Source: Moniliella sp. 'wahieum'
Lineage: Eukaryota
Assembly: GCA_003971905.1 (NCBI GenBank)
Contig: RSEE01000054.1
Span: 248,001-312,000 of the forward strand
Direction: 5' to 3'
DNA: 64,000 bases
Within the stretch, counting starts at the first letter, position 1; each line of letters begins with the position of its first letter. Under the pieces are notes generated by a model. That model did not search any database. It saw nothing but the letters and a program-made list of their open reading frames with translations, and had not been told where the DNA came from. Positions 24,636 through 37,281 of the stretch are shown here, piece by piece. The position numbers and the translations under genes are program-made.

Positions 24636-27457
24636 TTAGTCGTCCTGGCCGGGGTACCCCGACTCTGCAACGCCTCATACCTCAACAAGGGGTCCACCTC
24701 CTCCTGTTTCTTGGCGTGCACAGCACCAGCCATGGACAATCCTCGCAGCGTCCGACTCCTTGGTGGTGTTTCGATCCATGAAACAGGGGGTTGAGTAGCC
24801 GCTTTTGCCTTCTTTCCTGGGTAACGCGATGGAAAGATCGCCAAGCCTTCCTTAGTGGGGATGGGGCTGATACAGAGGTGGCTTGGGGAAGCGGCCGCGA
24901 GACCCTGGTGTCGCTCACGAATGTAGCGCTCCAGCGCTTCGGGTTCTGCGCCAGCACCGTTTCAATGTACCTCTCGCGCTCGTTGATAGCATCCACGTTG
25001 GGCAAGTACATGCCGACATCAGGGCACTGGCCTGGTTCGTGGTACGCAGCAGATGCTTGACTGCTGATTCGCTCAAGTCAGTGCGGGCAAAGATGCCGTA
25101 GTCCACCTGGAACGATTGCATATCAGGCGGGACAACGAGGGGACCTTTGATAAGGTTTCCGTCCAACCAACGGTCCAAGTACACCTCAAACAATAAGTTG
25201 GACCGATATGCCCAGGTTCTGGGACCGCCGGCCTGGTCCACTCCTTGCCATATCGAGTTCCTTCCATACGCCGTTTTAGCGAATTATCCTCCTCCTGGGC
25301 AAAGTCACCACCAGCTTGTCAGTGCGGGTCTCAAAATTGAGTATGAGGGACTGCTTGGGAAAGTGCTCAGTAGCCGAGATGAGGATGTTCTCCAGAACAG
25401 AGACCAGAATGCGGAAGACGCGCTCGAACAGATCGTCGGAACCGGTCAAAGTTTTGGCCAAATGTTCGCGGGACATATACTCAAACCCGAACACGGTTGC
25501 CGTGTTGTGGTAGCAAACAAAGATGCCGTCCATGCCTCCGATGCGGACTTGGAGGAGATACTTGAGCATCGTTGCGCGCATCATGTCAAACGTTTCCCGT
25601 TCATACGACTCGAGTAGCCCTTTGGCTTGACGGATTTGGTACCCCGAGCCCTCAAGCCAGTTGGCCCTGTCCTTGCGAACTGCCACCACTGCGCGCGTCT
25701 TGAGGTCAAACGTGCGCCGGGGCAACCGAGGATCTTGGCAGTCGAGCTGGGAGCGCATCATTAACTTGCCCGCTTGGGTAAAGTGGTAGGCTTCTGCATT
25801 TTTGCGTTCTTCCTCCGACAAACGCCACGAATGCAAGCGCGAGTGTTTCTCAAACTGTTCGGGCGTGGAGACAAGCATTGTCTCCATACTTTGCCCAGCG
25901 CTGACAAGACGTAGTTCTCCGCCGTATCACCCGTTTTGTTGTTGTCAATGCCATATGTCTCAGTCGCACTGTCGTAGACTAACTTTACCGATGCGGGCAA
26001 GCGGGCCCCACGGTAAATCCACCAAGCTAAAAGAAGATGGGTTGTCAGTATCAGTAATCAGGACGGGGCAAAGTAGCAAAATGAAAGGGAAAAGGACACA
26101 CATTTTGCAACGCCTTGTAGTTGGATCCAAAGTTGGAAAAATCGGGAGGCTTCCATCCCATGACGAGAAAGTAGATGTGGGACAGCAGCCTGTCATAGTC
26201 GAGGTCGATCCAAAGAATTTAGCCTTGTGTTTGACCGTGAGTGTTTTCAGCTGTGCGTCACGGGACGCAGTGATGTACTCGGGTGCAGTGTCCGGGTCAA
26301 ATAGGTCAAAATCGAGAATCTTGCGAATGCGTGGGTCGTAGTTGTAAATCTGGGTGCGAGGATCTTTTAGCCACGAGACACCCGGATTGAATAAGACACG
26401 GTCCAATCCGTGCGCAAGGCGCGGTGGCTCTACTTGGGTCAAGGGAGCCACCTCCTTCAACTGTACTTCTTCGGGGACAATGGAACCCTTGCAATTCCAC
26501 CGTTTAGGAGACGAAGCAGCCCTTTTGTCGTTAATATTGACCTGTAAATGTTTGCCTGCAATGGCATCGGCGCGAGTGAAAAGATGAGGCTTGGTGAGCA
26601 TGGCTGGGCGTTCACGATAGACGTCGTAGAAGAGCGGCCGCTGGAGCGGACTGTTGCTCGTATAGCCCACGTCGCTGGGCGAAACAAAGCTATCGTCAAG
26701 GTTGTAGACCCCTGGGCCCGGAGAGTGTGGAAGACGCTCCAGTACGTTTCCGCACAGCGTTAATCGCGTCTTGGAGGCGCCTGTTGGCGTACGCTTCAAA
26801 TTTTTGTTCGTCCTCGGTTGTATCGGAAGCAGCCGGACGCTTCTTCTTCCAATCAGACGAGGAAGAGGGCGATCTCGAAGTGTCCTTCGGTTTCTCGGCT
26901 GCAGTCTTAGGCCGGCGGATTGAAGAGCCTGCTTCTGTACCGCCTCGAGTTGTTGGGCCAACTTGATTTGGTCTTGTAGAGCTTCGACGTGTGGCAAGGG
27001 GGATGCATCCGTCCAGGATCGTGGTCGCATATCCAGTTTGGAAGCAAGGGGCGAGAAAGAACTGGGCTCGGCTGGGAAGGGCCAGGGGCGATAGCCGCCT
27101 GAATGGCCGCATTAGATGCTTGCCTGGCACCGGAGGAAATGTTGTGAACTAATGGTCGTTTCTGGGGGGAGTGGCGATATTTAGGCGTGGGTGTGGGTGT
27201 GAGCTTGGCTTTGGGCGGGGACTTGAGATAAGGCTTGGACTTGGGCTTATCTGGAGCATACGGGCGTGCGGTCGAGGGATGGGATGTCGGGGAAGGAGGA
27301 AGAGGACGGGGAAGAGGAAGGGGAAGAGGCAGGAGAAGAGGAAGAAAAAAACGAATAGGAAGACGAGGACAAGGCCGCCGACAGGCCGGCAGCGGGGCGC
27401 GCGAGGCGTGGATGGGGGTGTCCGGAGCATGCGAAGGCCCATCTGCTGCGGGAGCAT
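24636..27457 (-). CDS. PET127: Mitochondrial RNA 5'-processing nuclease Pet127
   Basis: PRLAHGLDRVLFNPGV.WLKDPR, YITASRD, KFFGSTSTMTG, MMRSQLDCQDPRLP..TFDLKTRAV, LESYERE, LQVRIGGMDGIFVCYHNT..FGFEY. Ends approximate. Confidence 0.93.
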
Positions 27458-27758
27458 GGCGGGCGCGCACTCTTTGCCACAGCATCGTGCTCACCCTCGT
27501 GTTGGTTGGACAGGCTGGAGCAGGCCAAGCGACACGCCGCTGGAGAAGGCGGACAGCTCAGCGGCCCTGGGGCGGAAGGAAAAATGCGACTTTTATGATT
27601 CCGCCGGCCGTCTTCGCAAGCTAATTTAACTAGCTGCTCTCTGAAATTGCAACAAACTGCGCTTCACGCTTCGGGCAAGAAAGAGCCTGCCATGGGCAAG
27701 TGACTGCCACCCGTCCCCCCCCCCCCCAAGGCCCCGAGCGCCCCCATCAGCCCCACCT

Positions 27759-29174
27759 ATGAGCGCCAGCTCGCTGGCCGAGCGCACCCGCCTGCTCACC
27801 ACCGCCGACATCCTCCCCGCCCCCTCTGGCGTGTCAGCGGCGACGATTGCGGCGCTTCGCATTGTGCTTTCCCTTGCCGGGCTTCCCTCCCACGACCGCC
27901 GCATCCTTGATCTTCGCCCCGTCGCCCTCTTTGCCCAAACCCACCTGTGCCACAGCGTGAATGTACCGCAGGGGCCCGACGCGCTGGTCACCCGCTTCAG
28001 CTCTCTTCCGCCCCGCAACGTCCCGTTTGTCGTTGTCTGCCAGCGCCAGCACGAGGCCTGGGTCCGCAACAACCTGGGCGGTCTCCGTCGCCGCGTCCAA
28101 GGCGTCGTGCTCTGTCCTGATGTACCCACAGAGGGCGAGCACAATGCGCAGCACAATCCTTCTTCTCCATCAGAAGACGACGAGTTTTGGCGCCTGGCCC
28201 GTATTTTCCGGCTTACCGCCACCACCCCCCCGGCACTGTCCCCAGACCGCTTGGTCCTCCCCCTCGACCGCCCTCGATTCCTCGGCCTGCCGGCCCCTGT
28301 GGTCCAGCGCACCGCCCAATACATTACCCGCCAGCTCGGTCCTGATGAGGTGCGGAAGATGAGTGTGCTGGACCTGGGCTGTGGAGCAGGGAGAGACATT
28401 GCCTGGCTGTGCTATGAGCATGGCTGGCGCCCCCGTGGCCCGGAGTCGACTGGACCGCTGTTGGGGCCGACAATCTCCGTCCTGTCTTGGAGCGCGCGAG
28501 GGTGGTGCTGGATGACTTGGATTGTTCGCCCCGCCCGATAACAAGTACGGGAGAATTGCCAAATTGGTCTGGTCCGAGGTTCGTCGGGACGGGTCGATGG
28601 GGGCCTTGTCGGGGCCGGGTCGTGGTCCTCGCTCGGCGAGTCGGTTGGACGCTGGCCCGTCTGCCGTTCCGCTCAGCCATAGTTGGGAGAGTGATCCGGA
28701 TCAGTTGTGCAGCGGAGGGAGGATCTGCAACAGTTTGCTCACCAGTATCTCGACCCTGACCCGAATGCAGAAGGGGACTTTGACTACGTTTGATCTCCTT
28801 CTCTTTGTCCGCTTTCTGCCGCGCCAACTCTTACTTGCCCTCCCTGCCCTCTCCCACCCGGCACTCTCGTTGTCATCTCGCACTTTTATGACTTGGCTGC
28901 CGATCCGCGTGGCCACCGCCGGACGAAGGCGAACGTCATCTTCCCGCCTGCAACGGGTTACATCCCTCACGCTCCGACTCTGGCCTCGGTCCGAGTACGA
29001 GGGGCCTCCGCCTCAGGCTCGGATTGCCCCGGGCGACATGGAGCGTTTGGTGGCGTGTGGAATGAGGTCCCGATTGCGGGGGGCACCCAAACCTGGTCGA
29101 TCGTCGAGCAAATTGTCGAGCCCATCGAAGACGGTCGGCCGGTGCTCAGTACCGTCCTGCGTCGATTACAATAG
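27759..29174 (+). CDS. Rhodanese-like domain fused to a class I SAM-dependent methyltransferase
   Basis: N-terminal ILDLRP..FAQTHLCHSVNVP..LVTRFSSLPP (rhodanese N-terminal pattern). SAM motif I VLDLGCGAGRD, then FDLLLFVRFL, and C-terminal IEDGRPV. Indels. Confidence 0.75.
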
Positions 29175-30040
29175 ACCGGGGTAGGCTGGTCTCGCTGGTT
29201 CTGGGATCGTGGCATTTGACTGTGTGCACTTGAGCGCCTCGCCATCCCCGTGCCTACCAGAATCTGGGCACACATTTTCCTCTAAGACCAGAGCGTAGTG
29301 ACTTCATTCTACCCGCTTGTTGAATGATCGATCTATCGACGTAGAAGGCCAAACACGCCAATCGACTATACTTCGAACGCGCGGCTTGCGACGAGCAGGA
29401 CGTCCGCTGCGCGGTCAATGTATTACGAACTGAAAAAGCCATGGCGAACGGTGTAGGAGCGCCAACCAGGCTCGACGGGTAAAGTGAACGTCAACGACAG
29501 GGATAATGGCACCAATGAGCTGTTCAACACTCAACAGCAAGGCGATCCGATATGAGTGGGCACGAGAAAACAAAAAAAGAAAGATGGGAGGTCCAGAGAT
29601 CAAAGGCTGACTAAGTTAAATTGATGGGAACAAGGGAGGGAAGAGTGATCTCTCCTTGACCTCGAGCAGGGGCTCCAGAACAGGAAACAATGCGCGGTGG
29701 GAAGGCGGTACAACCGCAAGCGCCAAGGCGCCCTAGAGCCCTGAAGAGCGGGGGCTGGAAGGTGGAAAGGGGGAGGGCAGGGGGATGAAGGCCAGTACGC
29801 CTAATAGTGTTGCTGTCGACCACTAGAGAGTATACCAAGCACAGGCAGGACACGAAGGCGTGGCACTAAGATTGGGATGTGGCCGCGAATGCGGAAAGAG
29901 GGCGGGTGCGATAGGCACTCAGCGAGCCTGTGGTGGGGAATAGAATGATCAAGGAGAGGGAGAAGGGGAGACTCAAGGAGAAGGGGTAGAAAAGGTCAAG
30001 GTCCATGTGAATCAAGTACCAAGAGCCACAACGAGCGAGT

Positions 30041-31347
30041 TCAGAGTAGCGCCGTCTCGCGTAACGCGTTCTGAACAATCGTATCCTTGATGTCTATAAA
30101 AACCTGTTCGATGTCTTTGGTGTCGGTAGCCTGGGTGAGGTGCGGGTAGATGGGGAGCTTGGCACGGTTGAGCTGAGTGAAGCGCCAGAGCACATATCGC
30201 GCCGCCTTTTGTACGTCAGGGCCTCCCGTGTATTCAGGGAAAAATTTCTCCAACGGCACCCGCTTGATCTTTTTCTGGAACACGTCCACCTTGTTTAGAA
30301 AGAGAATCACCGAAGACCGAGCAAACCAGCGCGAGTTGACCACCGACTCGAACAGAACCAGCGATTCGTCCATTCGATTCTGCGTCGGTTCCTCCAGCAG
30401 CACTTGGTCGTACTCTGAGATGGCGACGCAAAAGATGATTGAGGTGACCGCTTCGAAACAATGAATCCATTTGAAGCGTTCCGAGCGCTGGCCACCCACA
30501 TCAAAGAGGTGGATCACGAGGTTGCCCATGGTAAACGTTGTCTCAGTGATCGCCGTGCTCTTGGACCGGGCGCGCAGCACGTCGTCGTTGGTGGGCAGAT
30601 AGCTGGGGGCCGCAATGCGAGTGGCGTTTTCGAAAAAGTAGGGGCCGCTGTCCATCAGATAGAACTGATCACTGTGCAGGTCGAGAAGAGTACGCGTGAC
30701 AGGCGCGTTCCATATTTGCTGGGCGTAGGCCCCCATCTCTGGGGGCAAAGGGTTGACATCGCTCTCCACCTGAGTGGTCTGAGACGAGGTTGGCATTGGC
30801 GGCTCGGAAGGGATCGTCGGTCTCGAGTTCGGTATCCGGACCTGCCTCGGCCTTGTTTGAGCCTGATGCATCGATATCGGTGTGAGCGGAAGAAGAAGAC
30901 TTGATGGTGAAGTTGAGAACCTTTTGGATGGCGAGACGAGTAGGCGTGTCCTCGGGCTGGATTTCATACTTGACCAAAGCCATGGCAATGGTCTGGGCAG
31001 ACTCGAGAAGATTCTTGGCGATGACAAGACGGTAGTAGAGGAGCTCTGCATGGTTGAAGCCGTCCTTGTGGATGATCTTCATCTGCTTGCTAATTGTGCT
31101 CTTGCCGCTCTCGCCACTGCCGAGGAGGAGAAGCTTGAAGGAGCGGCGCTCCTTTTTGACGACGGCAGCGACAGCGGACGTGCGGGAGGCGGGGCCATTG
31201 GACGGGGTGCCGTTGTTGTGAGCGTGGGGTGGAGGCGTGGGAGGAGGAGGCGTCGGCGCCCTTTGTGGTGCGGGGAGTGGATCTAGTGGCAGACGAAGCT
31301 GGATGGGACGGCGAGGCGTCGGGCTTGCTGCTGAAGCAGTTCCCCAT
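30041..31347 (-). CDS. Heterotrimeric G-protein alpha subunit, fungal group III (Gpa3-like), divergent
   Basis: MGNCFSS lipidation motif, [38 protein letters not shown], and [15 protein letters not shown] typical of group III. No intron seen. Confidence 0.95.
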
Positions 31348-31612
31348 GGTGTGGGCGGCAAGGCATCCCCCTTGGGCGGGGAGGGGCGTCCGGCGGGGGC
31401 GAGGGGGGGCGGGGCGCCTGCGTGGAGCGTGTGGAGGGGCGGCGGCGGCGGCGGCGGAGGGACGGCAGTGTGGGGCTGCGTGCGGCGGCGGGAGCGGGGG
31501 GGCGAAGGAAGAGAGCGAAGGGGGCGGTGGGCTTGCTGTTGCGCTGGAGGACGGCAATGGGCCGGGAGGAGCGCAGTGTGAGTGGTGTGAACAGTTCATG
31601 TGCACGCGTGAA

Positions 31613-31627
31613 CGTTCAAGTTGAACG
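31613..31627. promoter_or_regulatory. Palindrome CGTTCAAGTTGAACG (copy 2), ~270 bp upstream of the G-alpha ATG
   Basis: Perfect 7+1+7 inverted repeat. Function inferred. Confidence 0.4.
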
Positions 31628-34399
31628 CTGAATGCTGCACGCTCTCCCTCAGCGCCGGCCGAGCGCTGACCACGTGACGCGCCAGTCGACCCGCACCGCC
31701 CCCATCAACCTCGCTGGCGCTGGGCGGGGCAGCCAGCCACACCCGCCCATGTCCTCGACGCCTCGCCTCCCTCGCCTCCCCCCTTCTGTGGCCTCCACAG
31801 ATGCTGCCTTTCCAAGGCAAGACGACGCAGTCCAGAAGCGCTTTGGCGACATCGTATAATGTACCTGAGACCCCCCCCGGCGGCACCGCCCCAGTGTGAG
31901 CCGCTGCGACCCCCATGTGGGGATGGGCGGTGCGCCATATGGAGCGCTCCGCCGCGCTCGCCCCCTCCAGCGACCACATCATCGCCCAAACGGCACCTGA
32001 TTCAAATACGAGCCACCATCCCACGCGCCACCCGCAGCCAGGATGATCGATGACGCAGATGACGCTTCAGAAGCTCCAGCAAGGCTCACTGCCCTACCTG
32101 CCCTTCTTGTCGCTCTCCTCCCGGCGGGCGAGGGACTGATCCAGCTAATCCGCCGCTACTCCCTCCGCGCGATCTTTGGCGTGGCGGAGCGGCTCTCGGT
32201 GAACCGCGCGTCATCGACGTGTTCGAAGGACAAGTATGGTATGTCTCAACGAATGTATTGGCCACTCTCCAAAATGCTCGCGGTCTCGTCTGTCCGATTG
32301 CAATGCCGGGGCACTCCCACTGCTACTGATGCCGCTGACGGTGACAAGTTGCGGGGCTCGGGGAGCATGCGGCAGTGCGTCGGCCTCTGTGCGTGCATCA
32401 CGCATCCCTAGAGAATATATCTGCTATACTATCAAGGTACATGGATGACGTTTTGTCGTGCCCTACCAGGCATCCTTTTTTTCTGGAACTGGCTGTGCTT
32501 TGATCAACTCTTCTCCTCGATATCGTCCCACCGACCTGACCAACAACAGGTCATGCATTACCCTCGCCCACCCACACAGAGTAACTTACTGTACTAAATG
32601 CCAACAATCTCGGGGCCGTTTGCGGCGTTCAGTCCCTAACGCGTAACGACTGATGTGGATCCACAATAATCAAAGGTGGTGAACACAAATGACCGCAGCA
32701 GACAATAAAAAGCGGAGAACACGGGCCATCGCGAGGATGGGCATATCAGCGCGGTAGTAAGCACAGCGTGTGCAGAAGAAGAGAGATTATCCGCGATGGT
32801 ACGTGTTACGAAGTTGGGACGTTGGACGTTGGACGGTCTCCGGCACGGGGTACTGCGTACTGGAGCTAGTTGTGCCCTGGTGTACCGAACAACGAAACGA
32901 ATAAGGAGAGGATGAGTCACTATCAAACTTTGGTGCCAAGAATCCCACGCCAGACCCAGGTATCATGACGAGACTCAAGTGCCGCTTCCAGCTGGAGAAC
33001 AATATGGTGATTGCTGGATACTATACGGACTGAGTAATGATGCATGTACTGCTGGCTCATTGCGCCCGGTACGCTCCTAATAGCATCAACGTTCAACGAA
33101 CACCCTCATCGATCGTAACTACATCTCTCACATCTCAAGTTTCATCGACCACATATGATCGATCATCAAACCCACCCTCACATATCCTACAGCCTTGCCA
33201 TTTCACTCGTATCCTGGAGGGTGTTGTGGGCGTCTCCTCCCGCCACCAGCGGCCGAGAGGGTGCCTTGACAGACAAGCGGAGGGCTGGGGCGCCACAGCC
33301 GAGCTGCGGAGACAAGTGGAGGGGGAAAGGGGACGAACGCACAACAGAAGGGCGATCACATATGTGCGTTTGTGCTCTTCTTTTTGGAACGGTTGAGCTT
33401 ATATTACTTGAGCTCAACACTACGGGCACCCAGGAATTTCCAATCGCTACTCCTCCCTTCGTCAGCGTGCCATCGGGCCACCGGCCGTCATTAATCATTT
33501 TGCCACACGGAATGAATGGTCAGATCTCGGATCGCACATCTCAGACGGAGGAGAGGAAGCAAGGAACTTCTCTCTCCATTTCCTAATTGCAAGATTCGTT
33601 GTGTTTGAAGGATGGGAGCCCTGGGCGCCAGATCATCGTCAGCGGGTCAACACGTCAGCACGTCACCTGGGTGAGCAAGAGACGCAGATCGCTCAATGGT
33701 ATTAGTAGTGGTGGCGGAGAAGTAAGATCCAGTTGGCAGTAGGTATGAGAAGGTTTTGGCCTAACGTGGGTTATTTAAAAAGGGATGTTCAAACACAGCA
33801 GCTACCTAGCTCAGGCGGAAGAGCGGTGGGCTCATAAAATACCTTGTGACCCACAGGTCGTCGGATCAAGACCGACGGTAGCTACTTTTTTATTTTGCCG
33901 TAGTTAGTATACGCTGGTTGGGCTGGTGCAGCTCTCGGTGAGGCTGGATACGTCGCTGTTCAATCAATGTCGAGGGGGGCATCGGGCGATCAAATACAGC
34001 CGTCGGAACGGGGTCTTGCCCACCATCTATCCCGAGGGAACCAACCCACTTCCTCCTGCCCTGGTTCAACATGCGATTAGGCCGCCTCCTTGACCGGTAT
34101 TAAGGACCTGCAGATGGTCAACATTACCTGCCGTGTCCTCTCCCGGCCCGACGCGCACCAGCGCTCTTAACCCAGCCCAGCTTCAAGCTTCAGCCTTCAG
34201 CACCCTCGGCATGGTCCTCCATTCCCTAGCGCAGCGAATCCCATCTATATCCAACAGTAAGTGAGGGCATGTACATCGGTGCTCCAACGAAAGTGCTCAT
34301 CTTTTACACAAGCCAAGTTCGCCACCACATGCAGGTGGTCCACGGTGCGGACGAAATAGGCCGGTACATAGCGGCTTTGGTGGCCCAGCGTCGTAAGGG

Positions 34400-35620
34400 G
34401 AGCAGTGAGTATAACGGATAGCAGGGGTATTCGGGTCGTCAATTCGAAGTGTGTGTAGTGGGGGGAGGGGGGGGGGGCTCGTGGCTGGGGTAGGATGATG
34501 AGGCAAGACGGGTCAAGTGTGGAGTTTTCTTCGGTCATGGACATCGTCCTGTACGGGGTCCAAGAACGGGTTCTCAGGAAGCGAGGTGGCGACCGAATGG
34601 ATCGAGCCAAGCGCATCCCCTTGCAGTTCCTCGTCCAAGACAGAATCCACCCTGGGGAAACCGCCACGGGAAGAAACACTGCGGTGGATGCTATCGCTGG
34701 TGGAAGAAAGCGAGGATCGGGAGACACCATATCGCTCTGCATACTGCTGGGCCAGGGGAGCCGAAGGATGTCGCCGAACACCAGAATGGGGCGGGCAGAG
34801 TGGCGAGAAAGACGGCTTTGGTCGGAGGACCGTACAGAGGGCGAGGACACCAAGGACGGCTCTCTTCGTTCCGACCCAGTATCGTCCCGTAGCGTGCTCG
34901 ACACACTGCCATGTCGTGACATTGCCGAGGCCTGGTGCCGGTTGCGCACGCTTTGGCTGCGCTGGAAGCGGTTCTCGCCGCGCAGACTTTGTTCAAATGG
35001 ATCGCGGGCGTGATGAGAGTGGGAGCGACGGAGGGAACGAGAAAACGTGCCGGTCCTTAGCAGGCCGTTGCCTGGGGCGCGGGAAGATGACGTCGCGTGC
35101 CGGTCCAACGCCCAGGGAAGGGGGATGGAAGACATCAGGCCAGGGGACGATGCTGGTGCGTAGGAGTCCCGCCGTGTGTCGCCCGTGACAGGATCAACTG
35201 TCTCGTCACGGCGCTGGCGGCCGGAATACGAGTCGTCATGCGCGCTTTCATCATCGTCCGACTGGCGGTGGACGCACGGCGATAAAGCTGCTCGCGGCGG
35301 GAGTCCATAACCAAGCCAGAGCGGACGGCCCAGGCGGGGGAGTGGTGTTTGCGTACAGTCACATTCTGGATCCAAAAGTTGTGGATATGGCCTGGAATGT
35401 AGCCGCAGCACGTCAGGATGACGTTGATGTAAAAGTCGATGCCAATGCCAAAGCGTATGGCGACCGCAAACGGGGGCAGGATCCAACCACAGAGCAGAAC
35501 CAAGACGAAGAGCCGGTGGTGACGCTGGAGAGGGGCGCGGGAATGGTGGCTCCTGCGGTGATTGCCCGCATGGCGGGTGGGGTGGGGCGGGGCGGAGGAG
35601 CGGGAGGATGCGTAAGCCAT
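34400..35620 (-). CDS. Pmp3/UPF0057 proteolipid-domain protein with long hydrophilic C-terminal tail
   Basis: GWILPPFAVAIRFGIGIDFYINVILTCCGYIPGHIHNFWIQ matches the Pmp3 two-helix signature (LPP.AV....G...D..IN..LT..GY.PG..H). 3' end uncertain. Confidence 0.8.
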
Positions 35621-36394
35621 GGCTGGGAATGCGGCTAGCGCATGCAGCAGCAGTGGTGCGCTGATGGTGGTGGTGGTGGCAATGGCGCGAACGGAGGCAG
35701 CGAGAGAAGCAGCTCGGACCAAGCCCAGCGTGTGGGAGGCGGGGGATGGCTGGTGGGCTCCGGCAGCTGGCCGCGGTTCGCTGGGGACTTGCGCCAGTGG
35801 GGGGGAGGGGTGGGCGGGGAGGGGGCGGGGGCAAGAAGGAGCAGCAGGTGGGTTGATAAACGACGGCTGCTGCCAGAAGCCGACGAGACGACCGGTGAGC
35901 TCGGGCGAGCGGTGAGGACCCGTGGTATGTGACAGTGTGTGACATGTATGACATGCGCCATGGGATGCACGTGACCGGGTGCTGAGACAGCGGCAGTCCC
36001 TGGCAGCGCGGAGGCAGCGGAACAGCGCGGGGCTGGCGAGGGCCGGCCGGTGCTGCATGTGATGTGGCAATCATCGATGGGCCATGGCCGGGCGTCGGGC
36101 ACGGGGCCAGCGCCGAGCCTGGCGCCTGGCCCCGCAGCACGGGCAGCGGCGCTGTGTCGGCAAGCTCCACGGAGCTTTCGGAGCACGCCCAGGCTGCCAG
36201 GGGGGGCAATGCATCGCCTCCTTGCTGGGTGCTGCTGTTCCTCGGTACGCGTTGCGCCTGAATATGAGTCGGAATGCATCCGCACGACTGCGTTCCTATC
36301 TTTTTCCTGGTTTGATTCTGAGCTGCCGCGGGGCTGCCTTTTTGCACGAGCCCTTCGAAAGGCGCCCGGCCCATGAACATGTAAGTGTGCTGAT

Positions 36395-36424
36395 GCGTTA
36401 CGCGTTACGCGTTACGCGTTACGC
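36395..36424. repeat. Heptamer tandem repeat (GCGTTAC)x4
   Basis: gcgttacgcgttacgcgttacgcgttacgc. Confidence 0.95.
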
Positions 36425-37062
36425 CTTGTGCCTTAGGGCATCTCCGAATCCCACGGCCTGGTCTGGTTCCCATATTCGAGAACAACCCTTGACACTTTCT
36501 TGACTTGAGACTGAGTCAAAACGTTTCGTTTGTTATGTCCGTTTTCCTCCTCTCCCACAGTCCATTCCCGCAGCCATGCATTGTAAGAACGTCTTCTACG
36601 CGCTAGCACTCTTCTTCCAGTCAAGCGCCGTGCTTCAAAAGCTTCAAAAGTAACTAATACTGACATGGACAAGAGGGAGAGGTGACGGTCAGCACTCAAA
36701 ATGACCGTTGGTACCGCGGGTCTCCACGCGCTGAGGCTGAGCACGCTGAGCGCTGAGCCCAGGCTGAGGCTGAGGCTGGGCGCTAAGTGCAAGTGTAACA
36801 TTTTAACACGCGAGCCCAAAGCCACACGAAGAGCCCCCCAGGTTGAACGTGTGGCAACGTGTGGCCGTGGCGCCTGCGCATTTCCATTTGCATTTCCGTT
36901 TGCACGGTCAAAGTGATCATCGATCACATCCCCCAGCTCTCGTTGGCTTTTTATACCCGGCATAACGCACGGACAAGCATGGTATTACTTGTGTAGTCCC
37001 CGTCGGCCCGATGCCCGCCGAGGTCGTCACGCGTCACGTAAACGTTTTGATTTCTCCCCTTG

Positions 37063-37106
37063 TCAAGCTTCAAGCTTCAAGAGCTTCAAGCTGCAAGCTC
37101 TTCAAG
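37063..37106. repeat. Degenerate heptamer repeat (TCAAGCT)n
   Basis: tcaagcttcaagcttcaagagcttcaagctgcaagctcttcaag. Confidence 0.9.
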
Positions 37107-37253
37107 TGCGCGTCAGGCTCAGGCGCTCATCGATCATTCACCATCCCTCGCGTCGGCGGCTTGGCTGTCAGTTGCCGGGGAGCAGAGGCCGCTGTCTTGG
37201 CGCTCTTTCTGTTGGTTGCAGTCAAAGCCATTGGCAAAACGCCAGTACGCGCG

Positions 37254-37281
37254 TCACGCGTCAGTACTCAGTACTCAGTAC
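37254..37281. repeat. Heptamer array TCA-CGCG-(TCA-GTAC)x3
   Basis: tcacgcgtcagtactcagtactcagtac. Confidence 0.9.

Noticed and set aside
34245..36380. 711-aa minus-strand ORF
   Set aside because: It is a composite of upstream non-coding sequence, an off-frame pass through the Pmp3 domain, and part of the true tail joined by indels.
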